From contig JAUVKT010000004.1 in NCBI GenBank assembly GCA_030596125.1, positions 1 through 63,468 on the forward strand: a stretch of DNA of 63,468 bases, given 5' to 3'. Under the pieces are notes generated by a model that ran no database searches, was not told the origin of the DNA, and worked only from the letters and a program-made list of their open reading frames with translations. The position numbers were made by a program, and so were the translations under genes. The stretch comes from Bacteroidales bacterium. GTDB lineage: Bacteria > Bacteroidota > Bacteroidia > Bacteroidales > VadinHA17. Of the stretch, positions 1 through 10,044 are shown one piece after another. Each line of letters starts with the position of its first letter. The stretch's first letter is position 1.

Positions 1-1
1 T

Positions 2-292
2 TGTAAACTGACCAGCCATTACTATATTAATAATTTCGAATGGTTTATTGTTAATGCAAAGTGCATTAACATTTAACAGTTCAGCAAGCCTGCAAAGCAT
101 CCTGTTGGTGAAGAAATCAGGATGTTTGGGAGCCAGGATAAGGGAATCGAAAATAACTTCATTGAATATAAAAGCTACTATTGCAACCAGAAAAATAGAT
201 AGCAGGGCCCTGACTATATGCCACCTTAAGTCCTCGAGGTGTTCCAGAAATGACATCTCATTTTCACTGCCTTTTTTCTTTTTTCCAGCCAT
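2..292 (-). CDS. tatC: Twin-arginine translocase subunit TatC, N-terminal ~97 codons (rest of the gene lies beyond the window start)
   Basis: Not in the supplied ORF track because there is no stop in the window. Minus-strand translation from ATG 292-290 gives MAGKKKKGSENEMSFLEHLEDLRWHIVRALLSIFLVAIVAFIFNEVIFDSLILAPKHPDFF...INIVMAGQFT. The FLEHLEDLRW opening, the first TM helix and the MAGQF motif are TatC-like. The + ORF 48..332 is its antisense shadow. Confidence 0.7.
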   Translation of the reverse strand, partial: MAGKKKKGSENEMSFLEHLEDLRWHIVRALLSIFLVAIVAFIFNEVIFDSLILAPKHPDFFTNRMLCRLAELLNVNALCINNKPFEIINIVMAGQFT

Positions 293-514
293 TCTTTATT
301 TGTATTTGTTTGCCGGTAATTTTAGCCTGTAAAGATGATAAAACAATTTTATCAAAACAAGGCAGAATCATTGTTTAAAGTCATTGCCGGGTAAAAGAAG
401 TAATAATAATCGAAATTATTTTGTACACGTTATGGATTCAAATGAAAAAATTTGGTAACTTTATATAAATGTAACTCTCAAAAAATGATTTGAGTTGTTT
501 CAGAAGGAAAAGGG

Positions 515-2695
515 ATGATCAATAGTAAATCGTTACATAACTATTTAAAACAATACTTCGGTTTTAGTACCTTCAAGGGGAACCAGGAAGAGATAATTTT
601 AAATGTACTTAATGATAATGATACATTTGTTCTGATGCCCACAGGAGGTGGCAAGTCCCTTTGCTATCAGCTCCCGGCTGTAATACGGGGAGGAACGGCA
701 ATAGTTATATCCCCGCTTATTGCATTGATGAAGAACCAGGTTGATGCAATGCGTAACTTCAGTACCGAGGATAATGTAGCGCATTTTTTGAATTCTTCTC
801 TGACTAAGAGTGCTATTACAAAGGTAAAGGAGGATGTGCTTGCAGGGATTACCAAACTACTCTATGTGGCACCTGAATCACTTACCAAGGAGGAAAATAT
901 TAAATTTCTGCGAAAAGTCAATATATCTTTTTATGCAATTGATGAAGCTCATTGTATCTCCGAGTGGGGACATGATTTCAGACCTGAGTACAGAAAGATA
1001 AGACCAATTATTGATGTGATTGGCCGTGCTCCCATAATTGCGCTTACGGCAACAGCTACCCAGAAGGTACAGCACGATATTCAGAAAAATCTCGGAATTC
1101 TTGGTGCACATATTTTTAAATCATCATTTAACAGGCCAAATCTTTATTATGATGTACGTCCCAAACTTAATGCTGCCAAGGAGATTATTAAATATATTAA
1201 GGAAAACAGTGGAAAATCGGGGATTATTTATTGTCTGAGCCGTAAAAAGGTTGAGGAGCTGGCACAAATACTGCTGGTAAATGGCATTAAGGCGTTACCT
1301 TATCATGCAGGAATGGATTCTGCAACAAGATCAGGTAATCAGGATAAATTCCTGATGGAAGAGGCTGATGTTATTGTTGCTACAATAGCATTTGGTATGG
1401 GGATAGACAAACCGGATGTAAGATTCGTTATTCACTACGATATACCCAAAAGCCTGGAGGGTTATTACCAGGAGACAGGCAGGGCCGGACGTGATGGTAG
1501 AGAAGGACGCTGCATAACCTATTACAGCTATGATGATATCCAGAAACTGGAAAAGTTTATGCAGGGTAAACCTATTAATGAACAAGAGATAGGGAAACAA
1601 CTGCTGCTTGAAACTGCTTCGTATGCTGAGTCTTCCATTTGTCGCAGGAAATTATTGCTTCACTATTTCGGCGAAGAGTATAAACCCGGTAATTGCGAGG
1701 CATGTGATAACTGCCTCCATCCTAAAAAGGAGTTTGAAGGGAAAGATTACGTGGTTAAGATACTGAAGGCAATCCTCGAGGTGAAGGAGAAGTTCAAGGC
1801 AGACCATATAGCACGAATTCTTGCGGGTAAGACAAATTCAGCAATAAAATCGTATCAACATCATAAGCTGGAGATATTCGGCTCCGGTGATGAAAAGGAT
1901 GAGAAATTCTGGAATATGGTTGTAAGGCAGTCTCTGATTGCAAGATTGGTAGTAAAGGAGATAGAGAATTATGGTCTTCTTAAGCTTACAGAAAAGGGTC
2001 ATGAGTTTATTGCCAACCCGGAGTCTTATATGCTGTCAGAAGACCATGATTATTCCGGTGGGACTGATACAGAGGGATTATACGGTAGTAGTACTGCGGC
2101 TGTTGATGAGGAGCTTTTCAGTATACTTAAAGACCTCAGAAGAACAATATCCAAGCAAAAGGATGTCCCTCCATTCGTTATTTTTCAGGATCCTTCACTA
2201 GAAGATATGGCTATTCAATACCCGGTTACAGTTGAGGAGTTACAGAATGTCTCCGGGGTTGGTGTAGGCAAGGCCCATCGTTATGGCGAGGAGTTTATCG
2301 AGATCATTAAACGGTATGTCGAAGAAAAAGAGATAACCCGTCCACAGGATCTTGTAGTTAAATCAGTTGTGAATAAATCGGGGTTAAAGGTTTATATCAT
2401 TAAGCGTATCGATAATAAAAGGACACTTGATGATATTGCCGATGCAAGGGGTCTCGATATGCCTGCCCTGCTTACAGAGATAGAGACAATAGTGCACTCA
2501 GGAACCCGGCTAAACCTCTCTTATTACATAGATATGGTTGTTGATGATGAGCATCAGCAGGATATATTCGCATATTTCCGCGAGGAGGCAGAATCAGACT
2601 CCCTTGAAGAGGCTCTTGTGGAACTCGGAGATGAATATGAGGAGGAAGAGATAAGACTTGTAAGGATAAAGTTTCTTTCGGAAATGGGGAATTGA
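515..2695 (+). CDS. recQ: ATP-dependent DNA helicase RecQ
   Basis: 726-aa ORF with PTGGGKS Walker A, a DEAH box (AIDEAHCISEWGHDFRPEY), the RecQ zinc-binding cysteine cluster (CRRKLL..CEACDNC) and a C-terminal HRDC-like region. Confidence 0.95.
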   Translation: MINSKSLHNYLKQYFGFSTFKGNQEEIILNVLNDNDTFVLMPTGGGKSLCYQLPAVIRGGTAIVISPLIALMKNQVDAMRNFSTEDNVAHFLNSSLTKSAITKVKEDVLAGITKLLYVAPESLTKEENIKFLRKVNISFYAIDEAHCISEWGHDFRPEYRKIRPIIDVIGRAPIIALTATATQKVQHDIQKNLGILGAHIFKSSFNRPNLYYDVRPKLNAAKEIIKYIKENSGKSGIIYCLSRKKVEELAQILLVNGIKALPYHAGMDSATRSGNQDKFLMEEADVIVATIAFGMGIDKPDVRFVIHYDIPKSLEGYYQETGRAGRDGREGRCITYYSYDDIQKLEKFMQGKPINEQEIGKQLLLETASYAESSICRRKLLLHYFGEEYKPGNCEACDNCLHPKKEFEGKDYVVKILKAILEVKEKFKADHIARILAGKTNSAIKSYQHHKLEIFGSGDEKDEKFWNMVVRQSLIARLVVKEIENYGLLKLTEKGHEFIANPESYMLSEDHDYSGGTDTEGLYGSSTAAVDEELFSILKDLRRTISKQKDVPPFVIFQDPSLEDMAIQYPVTVEELQNVSGVGVGKAHRYGEEFIEIIKRYVEEKEITRPQDLVVKSVVNKSGLKVYIIKRIDNKRTLDDIADARGLDMPALLTEIETIVHSGTRLNLSYYIDMVVDDEHQQDIFAYFREEAESDSLEEALVELGDEYEEEEIRLVRIKFLSEMGN

Positions 2696-2704
2696 TCTTA
2701 ACGA

Positions 2705-2728
2705 TTCCACAATTCCACAGTTCCACAA
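2705..2728. repeat. Tandem 8-mer TTCCACAA/TTCCACAG/TTCCACAA between recQ and the ABC operon
   Basis: Read directly: ttccacaa ttccacag ttccacaa, three head-to-tail copies 17 nt upstream of a -7 box. Confidence 0.6.
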
Positions 2729-2744
2729 TTTTTATACATTTGTT

Positions 2745-2752
2745 ACATTCAT
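2745..2752 (+). promoter_or_regulatory. Candidate Bacteroidota -7 promoter box (TACATTTG = TAnnTTTG) for the ABC-2 operon
   Basis: Exact match to TAnnTTTG, 40 nt upstream of ATG 2792. Confidence 0.3.
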
Positions 2753-2791
2753 CAATTTCATACGTCTTTATAGAAACGTTAATTCATATTT

Positions 2792-3673
2792 ATGATATTA
2801 GAAACAGCCAATTTGAGTAAGCGGTATGGCTCTATTCTGGCCGCTGATAAAATAACACTGCAGATCGAAGAGGGCTCAGCATTCGGCCTCCTTGGACCTA
2901 ACGGGAGTGGCAAAACTACAACCCTGGGAATGGTGATGTCGGTATTAAAACCTGATAGTGGATGGTATAAATGGTTTGATTCTGAACCTAATAGCCCGGT
3001 TTATAAACAAATTGGCTGTCTGCTCGAAGTCCCTAATTTCTTTCCTTATCTGTCATTAAAGAAGAATCTTGAGATAATTGTCCGGATAAGAGAGGTTGAG
3101 ATGAGCGACATTAACAGGGTTCTTGATGAGACAGGTCTGATAAATCGAAAAAATTCAAGGTTCGATACTCTTTCACTGGGGATGAAGCAGAGGATGGCAA
3201 TAGCTGCAACCCTGCTTGGAAATCCTGGAGTTCTGGTTCTTGATGAGCCTGCCAATGGCCTTGATCCTGAGGGTATCGCTGAGGTAAGGTCATTGATACT
3301 CAGGCAAAGAGAAAGGGGTAAGACAATCATTATGGCAAGTCATATACTTGACGAGGTCGAAAAAGTATGTACTCATGTGGCAGTATTAAAAAAGGGGACA
3401 GTAATAGCATCAGGGGAGGTTGATAAACTTCTTCAGATGGATGATGTGATTATCGTTAGTACCGATAAACCCGAAATACTTAAAGCTGAGCTTGAATCAA
3501 GGGTGCTTGTTAAGAGTGTGATCATAAATGGTAATTCGCTGGAAATAATTCCCGCAGGTGGTGTCGATTCGGCAGCCATAAACAAGCTGGCTTATGAAAA
3601 GGGAATAGTCCTGACAGAGTTAAGAATAAAGAAAAGCACTCTTGAGGATCAGTTCCTTCAACTAATCAAATAA
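2792..3673 (+). CDS. ABC transporter ATP-binding protein (ABC-2 exporter type)
   Basis: Walker A GPNGSGKTT, signature LSLGMKQR, Walker B VLVLDEP, H-loop ASH. Confidence 0.9.
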   Translation: MILETANLSKRYGSILAADKITLQIEEGSAFGLLGPNGSGKTTTLGMVMSVLKPDSGWYKWFDSEPNSPVYKQIGCLLEVPNFFPYLSLKKNLEIIVRIREVEMSDINRVLDETGLINRKNSRFDTLSLGMKQRMAIAATLLGNPGVLVLDEPANGLDPEGIAEVRSLILRQRERGKTIIMASHILDEVEKVCTHVAVLKKGTVIASGEVDKLLQMDDVIIVSTDKPEILKAELESRVLVKSVIINGNSLEIIPAGGVDSAAINKLAYEKGIVLTELRIKKSTLEDQFLQLIK

Positions 3674-3689
3674 TTTAGAACTATTATAT

Positions 3690-4508
3690 ATGCTACGATT
3701 AATAAAAATTGAGTGGGCAAAGGTCTCATCCTATAATCTGTTCAGGGTAATATTAATTATGACAGGATCACTTTTTCTGTTGGTGCTTTTTGTCCTGTCG
3801 CGGATAGACATTTCTGTTCCCGGCTTCTCCACCAGAAATATTGTGAGATTTCCTAATATATGGCAATCGTTTGTATGGGTAGCGAGCTGGTTTAATGTAT
3901 TGCTCGCAATACTGGTTATTGTACTTACAGGTAATGAGTTTGCTTCAAAGACCTTCAGGCAGCAGGTTATGAGCGGGCTAAGCAGGAATGAGTGGCTCGC
4001 GGGAAAGGGTATCCTGATTGTAGGACTGGCCCTGTTCGGACTTATTCTAATAATACTTGCAGCATTAATTTATGGTGTGATATTTACAAGGGATATGACC
4101 CTTGGATTGATCTTTGAAAACAGTTCAATACTGTTTGTATACTTTTTACAGTCAATAGGTTATATGGTATTGGGACTACTTTTTATAACGGTGTTGAGAT
4201 CTAATGCTCTCGGAATAATATTGTACCTCTTATATTTTATATTTATTGAACCTATAACCCGTTTGCTTTGTCCGGTCGAGGTCAGAGGCTGGTTTCCTGT
4301 TAAGATTATCAGTCACCTTACACCGATACCCGAATTTTTGCAGTTAGCATCTCAGAATGGTAATCTGCAGACCGATAATTTTTCTTTCGAGAGTATGGGA
4401 TTGATTGCAAAACAGCTTTCTCAGACAGTAACCCTTGCGATGGCTGTTTTTTATGTAATTCTGTTTAGTTTCCTTACCTGGCTGGTAGTTCGGAAGAAAG
4501 ACCTGTAA
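3690..4508 (+). CDS. ABC-2 family transporter permease
   Basis: 272-aa polytopic membrane protein starting 16 nt after the ATPase gene, the typical ABC-2 pair arrangement. Confidence 0.7.
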   Translation: MLRLIKIEWAKVSSYNLFRVILIMTGSLFLLVLFVLSRIDISVPGFSTRNIVRFPNIWQSFVWVASWFNVLLAILVIVLTGNEFASKTFRQQVMSGLSRNEWLAGKGILIVGLALFGLILIILAALIYGVIFTRDMTLGLIFENSSILFVYFLQSIGYMVLGLLFITVLRSNALGIILYLLYFIFIEPITRLLCPVEVRGWFPVKIISHLTPIPEFLQLASQNGNLQTDNFSFESMGLIAKQLSQTVTLAMAVFYVILFSFLTWLVVRKKDL

Positions 4509-4514
4509 ACAGGT

Positions 4515-5642
4515 TTATTTTTGGTTCCACCTGGGAATTGAGATCATTCCGGCTATCGTTGAAATCACCACATAAAAAGGGTACAGAAGCTCTGCCGGGA
4601 TAAAGTATCTCAACAGTTTCAACCTGTTCCTGTGCTTAGCATACCTTGAGAGAAGAAGAAGATCTGCTATTGATTTCCAGAAATATATTAATCCTGCAAC
4701 ATAGAGAAACCGGTGGTAAAAGGCCGATATTGCCAGCATGATAACTATAAGTGTGTTAGTGATAAAAACGAGTAGTGCCAACAGTATTGTATCCGGGTCA
4801 TTATATTTCAATCCTTTCCCTGCCCATCTCATTCTCTGCTTTATAAAAGACTTTATATTGCCAGGACTATCTGTAACAACCCGCGTATCTTTCCTGCTGC
4901 AAAATACAATTATTCCATTTTTGCGTTTAATCTCGTGCAGAAGGAATATATCATCACCTGAGGCAACTTCTTTCTTAACAATGTCTGAATAGTTTGATAC
5001 AGAGTCTTTTTTAAAACAAAGATTTGCCCCACTGCAAAGAACAGGATGTCCGGAGCAGGCTGAAGCAGCAGTTATTGCCTGCAGGCTTAAATATTCAAGA
5101 CTGCCCAGTTTGCCAAACAGGCCGGGCCGGATTGCCAGATCTGCTTCTCCAATGATCAGGTCTGCATTTGTCTTTTTACAGATCTTGGCTAACCCGTTTA
5201 ACCACATCGGATTGATCCTGCAATCTGCATCGGTAGTAACGATATAATCATTTTTGGCTAATTCAATAGCAGTACTTATTGCTGCTTTTTTACCGTTGCC
5301 CTTTGAACGGATAATATTAATGTTATCTGACTCTTCAGAACTTTTTTTAATTAGTAACCAAGTGTTGTCAGCCGAATTATCATCTGAAAAGATTATTTCG
5401 TAGCTACCCGGAGGATACTTGAGATTCTTCAGATCTGAGATGAGTGACGGCAGGTTGGGTTCCTCGTTCTTAACTGCAATTATTACCGTGAATTTTATAT
5501 CGGGGGGGTGAGGGTCCGGACTGCTGTCTGAAATTTGCAGATGCTGTCCTTTATTCCCTAATGAATACCAGAGATACAGAATTGTCAGAAAGTATGGTAT
5601 TACTAATACCTGAAACCATAATATATTTAGTCCCTGAGCCAT
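4515..5642 (-). CDS. Family 2 glycosyltransferase, membrane-anchored (processive-type QxxRW motif)
   Basis: VIIAVKNE..FSDDNSADNT, TDADC (DxD) and QRMRWAGKG motifs, with N- and C-terminal TM helices. It lies 36 nt downstream of carB on the same strand. Confidence 0.85.
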   Translation of the reverse strand: MAQGLNILWFQVLVIPYFLTILYLWYSLGNKGQHLQISDSSPDPHPPDIKFTVIIAVKNEEPNLPSLISDLKNLKYPPGSYEIIFSDDNSADNTWLLIKKSSEESDNINIIRSKGNGKKAAISTAIELAKNDYIVTTDADCRINPMWLNGLAKICKKTNADLIIGEADLAIRPGLFGKLGSLEYLSLQAITAASACSGHPVLCSGANLCFKKDSVSNYSDIVKKEVASGDDIFLLHEIKRKNGIIVFCSRKDTRVVTDSPGNIKSFIKQRMRWAGKGLKYNDPDTILLALLVFITNTLIVIMLAISAFYHRFLYVAGLIYFWKSIADLLLLSRYAKHRNRLKLLRYFIPAELLYPFYVVISTIAGMISIPRWNQK

Positions 5643-5678
5643 TCATATATTTTGTAGTGCTCACCGTCCATTCGACTT

Positions 5679-8600
5679 TTAATTGTATTCATCCCAGCTA
5701 TTAATGCTGATTTCTTCGATTTTCATGCTGCAAAATGCCAGAATAAATGCACTTGCAAGTCTTGCATTGGTAATTAGAGGAACATTGTAATCAACTGCAC
5801 TTCTCCTGATAGAGTAGTCATTATGAAGCTCATCCTTTGAGAGGTTCTTTGGTATATTTATCACAAGGTCAACTTCACGGTTTTTAATTAGCTCGATTGT
5901 GTTGGGAGACTGATCTTCATCAGGCCAGTAAGCCACTTCAACATCAACTCCCGAATTGGCTAAAAACTGCCGGGTTCCCCTTGTTGCATAAAGTTTGTAA
6001 CCTTTTTCCTGTAATGCACGAGCGCTGTTTAACATTTCCACCTTCGATCTGGCGGGGCCTGTCGATAATAGAATTGCTTTCTTTGGGACTGTATAACCAA
6101 CCGAAAGCATTGATTTCATTATTGCCTCATAGAAGTCATCTCCTATACAACCTACCTCTCCGGTTGATGCCATATCAACACCGAGCACCGGATCAGCTTT
6201 GGCAAGTCGTGTAAATGAGAACTGAGGTGCTTTTACGCCTACATAATCGAGCTCAAATGCCGATTTATGTGGCTTCTCCGGAGTGAGACCTATCATTACT
6301 TTTGTAGCCAGTTCAATAAGGTTTATTTTAAGGACTTTCGAAACAAAAGGCATACTGCGACTGGCGCGAAGGTTGCATTCAATTACTTTTATATCATTAT
6401 CTTTCGCAAGGAACTGGATATTGAAGGGCCCACTGATATTCAGCTCTTTGGAAATCTCTCTTGTTATCTTCTTTATTCTTTTTACAGTTTCAAAATAGAT
6501 TTTCTGGGGAGGGAATACGATTGTTGCATCACCTGAGTGTACACCGGCAAATTCAACATGTTCACCTATGGCATAAGCGATTACCTCTCCATCCTGCGCT
6601 ACTGCATCAACCTCTATCTCTTTAGCGTTCTCGATAAATTCGGATACCACTACAGGGTATTGCTTTGAAACACTTGCAGCCAATTCAAGAAAGTGAGTCA
6701 ACTCCTCTTTGTTGGATACAATGTTCATGGCAGCTCCTGACAATACATATGATGGTCTGACCAGTACAGGGAACCCTGTTCTGTCAGCAAAATCGTGTAT
6801 CCCGTCGACGCTTGTTAATTCCATCCATTCAGGCTGGTCAACTCCAAGCTCATCAAGCATGGTGGAGAATTTATGTCTGTTCTCTGCCATGTCGATTGAC
6901 ACCGGAGAGGTTCCAAGGATCGAAACGTTATTATTATGAAGCCTCATTGCCAGACTGTTGGGGATTTGACCTCCCACCGATACGATTACCCCCTTAGGCG
7001 ACTCCATATCAATAATATCCATTACCCTCTCGAATGATAATTCATCAAAGTAAAGTCTGTCGCATGTATCATAGTCGGTGCTTACCGTTTCGGGATTATA
7101 GTTTATCATTACCGACCTTAAGCCATTCTGCCTCACTGTTTCAATGGCATTTACCGAGCACCAGTCAAATTCTACACTCGATCCGATCCTGTAGGCTCCT
7201 GACCCAAGGACTATTACAGATTTTTTATCATTCTCACAACTGATATCGTGTTCTGATCCACTGTATGTTAAATATAGATAATTGGTAACTGCCGGATATT
7301 CTGCAGCCAGCGTATCAATCTGCTTAACATACGGAATAATACCTTTTGATTTTCTCTGTCTGCGCACTTTGGCAAGGTCATCTTCTATTTTGTCGGGGTC
7401 AGATTTAAGAACACATCTTGCGATCTGGAAATCACTAAAACCGAAAATTTTTACCTGTTTGAGAAGTTCATCAGGAAGTGTTTCGAGGCTATTATATTCA
7501 GAAAGTTCAGATTCTGTTTTTATTATATTTTTCAGCTTATAGAGAAACCATTTATCTATCCGGGTAAGATCATATATCCTGTCAACACTATATCCCTTTT
7601 TAAAAGCCTCAGCAATTGAGAATATTCTCATATCGGTAGGCTCCTTAAGTTCATTCTCCACATCCTTAAAGATGAGATTGCGGTTACCCACGAAACCATG
7701 CATCCCCTGGCCTATCATCCTGAGTCCTTTCTGAATGACTTCTTCAAAAGTACGACCAATTGCCATTACCTCACCCACGCTTTTCATACTGCTGCCTATC
7801 TGGCGCGAGACCCCATGAAACTTATTGAGGTCCCATCGGGGTATTTTACAGACTATATAGTCGAGAGCCGGCTCAAAACAGGCCGTTGTAGATTGTGTAA
7901 CTGAATTTTTTAATTGATGGAGGCCGTAACCCAGTCCAAGTTTGGCTGCGATAAAGGCCAGAGGATAACCAGTGGCTTTGGAAGCCAGGGCGCTTGATCT
8001 TGAAAGCCGTGCATTTACCTCTATAACCCGGTAATCTTCTGAGTCCGGATCGAGAGCATACTGAACATTGCATTCACCAATAATGCCAATATGCCGGATA
8101 ATTTTTATGGAGAGCTCTCTTAACTTATGATATTCCCTGTTGGTAAGTGTCTGGGAGGGTGCAACAACAATACTTTCGCCGGTATGGATGCCGAGCGGGT
8201 CAAAATTTTCCATATTACATACCGTAATACAATTGTCGAACCGGTCTCTTACAACTTCGTATTCTACCTCTTTCCAGCCCTTTAAAGATTCTTCTACAAG
8301 GATCTGGCCGGAGTATGCAAAAGCCTTGGATGCCATATCATTTAACCCGGCTATATCAAAACAGAAACCACTTCCCTGACCACCAAGTGTGTATGCAGCC
8401 CTGATTATGACAGGAAAACCCAGTTTTGATGCAGCAACGGCAGCTTCTTTAACAGAATTAACTGCGATACTGTCAGGCGTTTTAACATCTATCTCGTTTA
8501 ATTTGTTAACAAATAATTCCCGGTCTTCGGTATCCATTATGGCATTCACGGGCGTTCCCAGAACCTCTACATTATACTTTTCAAAAATCCCGTTTCTGTA

Positions 8601-8900
8601 GAGTTCAGTGCCGCAGTTTAGAGCGGTCTGACCACCGAACGATAACAATATACCATCAGGTCTCTCTTTTTCTATAATACGTTCAACAAAGTAGGGTGTA
8701 ACGGGGAGAAAGTATATTTTATCAGCCAGTTCTTCAGAAGTTTGAACAGTGGCGATATTTGGATTGAGAAGTATTGTGGTTACACTCTCTTCACGGAGTG
8801 CCTTTAATGCCTGTGAGCCACTGTAATCGAACTCACCCGCTTCACCAATCTTGAGTGCGCCTGATCCGAGGATTATTACTTTTTTAATATTTTCATACAT
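5679..8900 (-). CDS. carB: Carbamoyl-phosphate synthase large subunit
   Basis: 1073 aa with two ATP-grasp halves and a C-terminal MGS-like domain. The sequence is unmistakably CarB throughout. Confidence 0.97.
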   Translation of the reverse strand: MYENIKKVIILGSGALKIGEAGEFDYSGSQALKALREESVTTILLNPNIATVQTSEELADKIYFLPVTPYFVERIIEKERPDGILLSFGGQTALNCGTELYRNGIFEKYNVEVLGTPVNAIMDTEDRELFVNKLNEIDVKTPDSIAVNSVKEAAVAASKLGFPVIIRAAYTLGGQGSGFCFDIAGLNDMASKAFAYSGQILVEESLKGWKEVEYEVVRDRFDNCITVCNMENFDPLGIHTGESIVVAPSQTLTNREYHKLRELSIKIIRHIGIIGECNVQYALDPDSEDYRVIEVNARLSRSSALASKATGYPLAFIAAKLGLGYGLHQLKNSVTQSTTACFEPALDYIVCKIPRWDLNKFHGVSRQIGSSMKSVGEVMAIGRTFEEVIQKGLRMIGQGMHGFVGNRNLIFKDVENELKEPTDMRIFSIAEAFKKGYSVDRIYDLTRIDKWFLYKLKNIIKTESELSEYNSLETLPDELLKQVKIFGFSDFQIARCVLKSDPDKIEDDLAKVRRQRKSKGIIPYVKQIDTLAAEYPAVTNYLYLTYSGSEHDISCENDKKSVIVLGSGAYRIGSSVEFDWCSVNAIETVRQNGLRSVMINYNPETVSTDYDTCDRLYFDELSFERVMDIIDMESPKGVIVSVGGQIPNSLAMRLHNNNVSILGTSPVSIDMAENRHKFSTMLDELGVDQPEWMELTSVDGIHDFADRTGFPVLVRPSYVLSGAAMNIVSNKEELTHFLELAASVSKQYPVVVSEFIENAKEIEVDAVAQDGEVIAYAIGEHVEFAGVHSGDATIVFPPQKIYFETVKRIKKITREISKELNISGPFNIQFLAKDNDIKVIECNLRASRSMPFVSKVLKINLIELATKVMIGLTPEKPHKSAFELDYVGVKAPQFSFTRLAKADPVLGVDMASTGEVGCIGDDFYEAIMKSMLSVGYTVPKKAILLSTGPARSKVEMLNSARALQEKGYKLYATRGTRQFLANSGVDVEVAYWPDEDQSPNTIELIKNREVDLVINIPKNLSKDELHNDYSIRRSAVDYNVPLITNARLASAFILAFCSMKIEEISINSWDEYN

Positions 8901-8942
8901 ATTGGTTGCTCTTTCTGTGAATAGATATTGAGGTAGCCTCCC

Positions 8943-10034
8943 TTATCGGTTACTATCCTTATGTTTTTTAATATTATCTAAGAAAATATCAAACAGGAAA
9001 TTAGTATCTGTCGGTCCGCCCGAAGCCTCGGGATGGAACTGGGTAGAAAAGAAAGGCTTTGTTTCATGTTTCATTCCTTCATTGGTATTGTCGTTCACGT
9101 TAATAAAAAGAGGACTCCATTCCCTGGGTAATGTTTCGTTATTAACTGCAAATCCATGGTTCTGGGAAGTTATGTAGGCCCTTTCTGTTCCCACCTGCAA
9201 TACCGGCTGGTTATGACTTCTGTGTCCGTATTTCAGCTTATAGGTATCAGCGCCTGCTGCAAGTGCCATAAGTTGGTTCCCAAGACATATTCCAAACAGA
9301 GGTATATTCCCTTCAAAGGATTTTTTGATATTACTTATCGTAGGTGTACACATTTTGGGATCACCCGGTCCGTTGGAAAAAAACAGGCCGTCAAATTCCT
9401 CGTTGTGATAGTCATAATCCCATGGGACCCGTATTATTGTTGTATCACGTTCAAGAAGGTTTCTTATAATATTATACTTGACTCCACAATCAACGAGTAT
9501 GATCTTATACTTTCCTTTTCCGTAGGTTACAGGTTTGTCAATACTTACCTCTTCTACGAGATTAACCTTGTTGGGATCATAAAACGTTGTTTCATTACCT
9601 TCAGGCTCAATCTTGCCGAGCATAGATCCTTTCTCCCGGAGGCGTTTGGTCAAAGCTCTTGTATCGATTCCGAACAGACCGGGAATATTGTGTTTTTCGA
9701 GCCAGTCGTGAAGACTTTCACTGGCATTCCAGTGGCTGTATTCAAACGAGTAGTCAGATACAATAAGTCCGGATATGTGGATAGATGACGATTCATGGAA
9801 TTTATACATATCATTTTCCTCTTCAACCCCGGGGGCTCCGTAGTTTCCAACAAGAGGGTAGGTGAGACATAAAATTTGTCCGCGGTAAGAGGGATCAGTC
9901 AAACTCTCAGGGTAGCCTGTCATGGCAGTATTGAAAACAACCTCTCCGGCTGATGGTATTATCTTACCAAATGATTTCCCGTGGTAGATACTACCATCCT
10001 CAAGTGTCAGTTTAACAGAAGTAATTGAACTCAT
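8943..10034 (-). CDS. carA: Carbamoyl-phosphate synthase small (glutaminase) subunit
   Basis: 363 aa with the class-I GATase active-site region GICLGNQ and HGF...HPE. It sits immediately upstream of carB. Confidence 0.95.
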   Translation of the reverse strand: MSSITSVKLTLEDGSIYHGKSFGKIIPSAGEVVFNTAMTGYPESLTDPSYRGQILCLTYPLVGNYGAPGVEEENDMYKFHESSSIHISGLIVSDYSFEYSHWNASESLHDWLEKHNIPGLFGIDTRALTKRLREKGSMLGKIEPEGNETTFYDPNKVNLVEEVSIDKPVTYGKGKYKIILVDCGVKYNIIRNLLERDTTIIRVPWDYDYHNEEFDGLFFSNGPGDPKMCTPTISNIKKSFEGNIPLFGICLGNQLMALAAGADTYKLKYGHRSHNQPVLQVGTERAYITSQNHGFAVNNETLPREWSPLFINVNDNTNEGMKHETKPFFSTQFHPEASGGPTDTNFLFDIFLDNIKKHKDSNR

Positions 10035-10044
10035 CTATTTTCCT

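Noticed and set aside
48-332. 94-aa + strand ORF at the window start
   Set aside because: It is the antisense shadow of a much better minus-strand reading frame whose product has clear TatC N-terminal features. Its own product is low-complexity, with no start context.
5897-8601. Many 60-105-aa + strand ORFs inside carB, and similar short ORFs antisense to recQ, carA (9156..9788), ppk2 (52254..52853), the COG2403 gene (42475..42984), the sensor gene and the giant gene
   Set aside because: All are nested antisense or out of frame within long ORFs that have unmistakable homology-type motifs. Their products are compositionally odd. These are typical six-frame noise.
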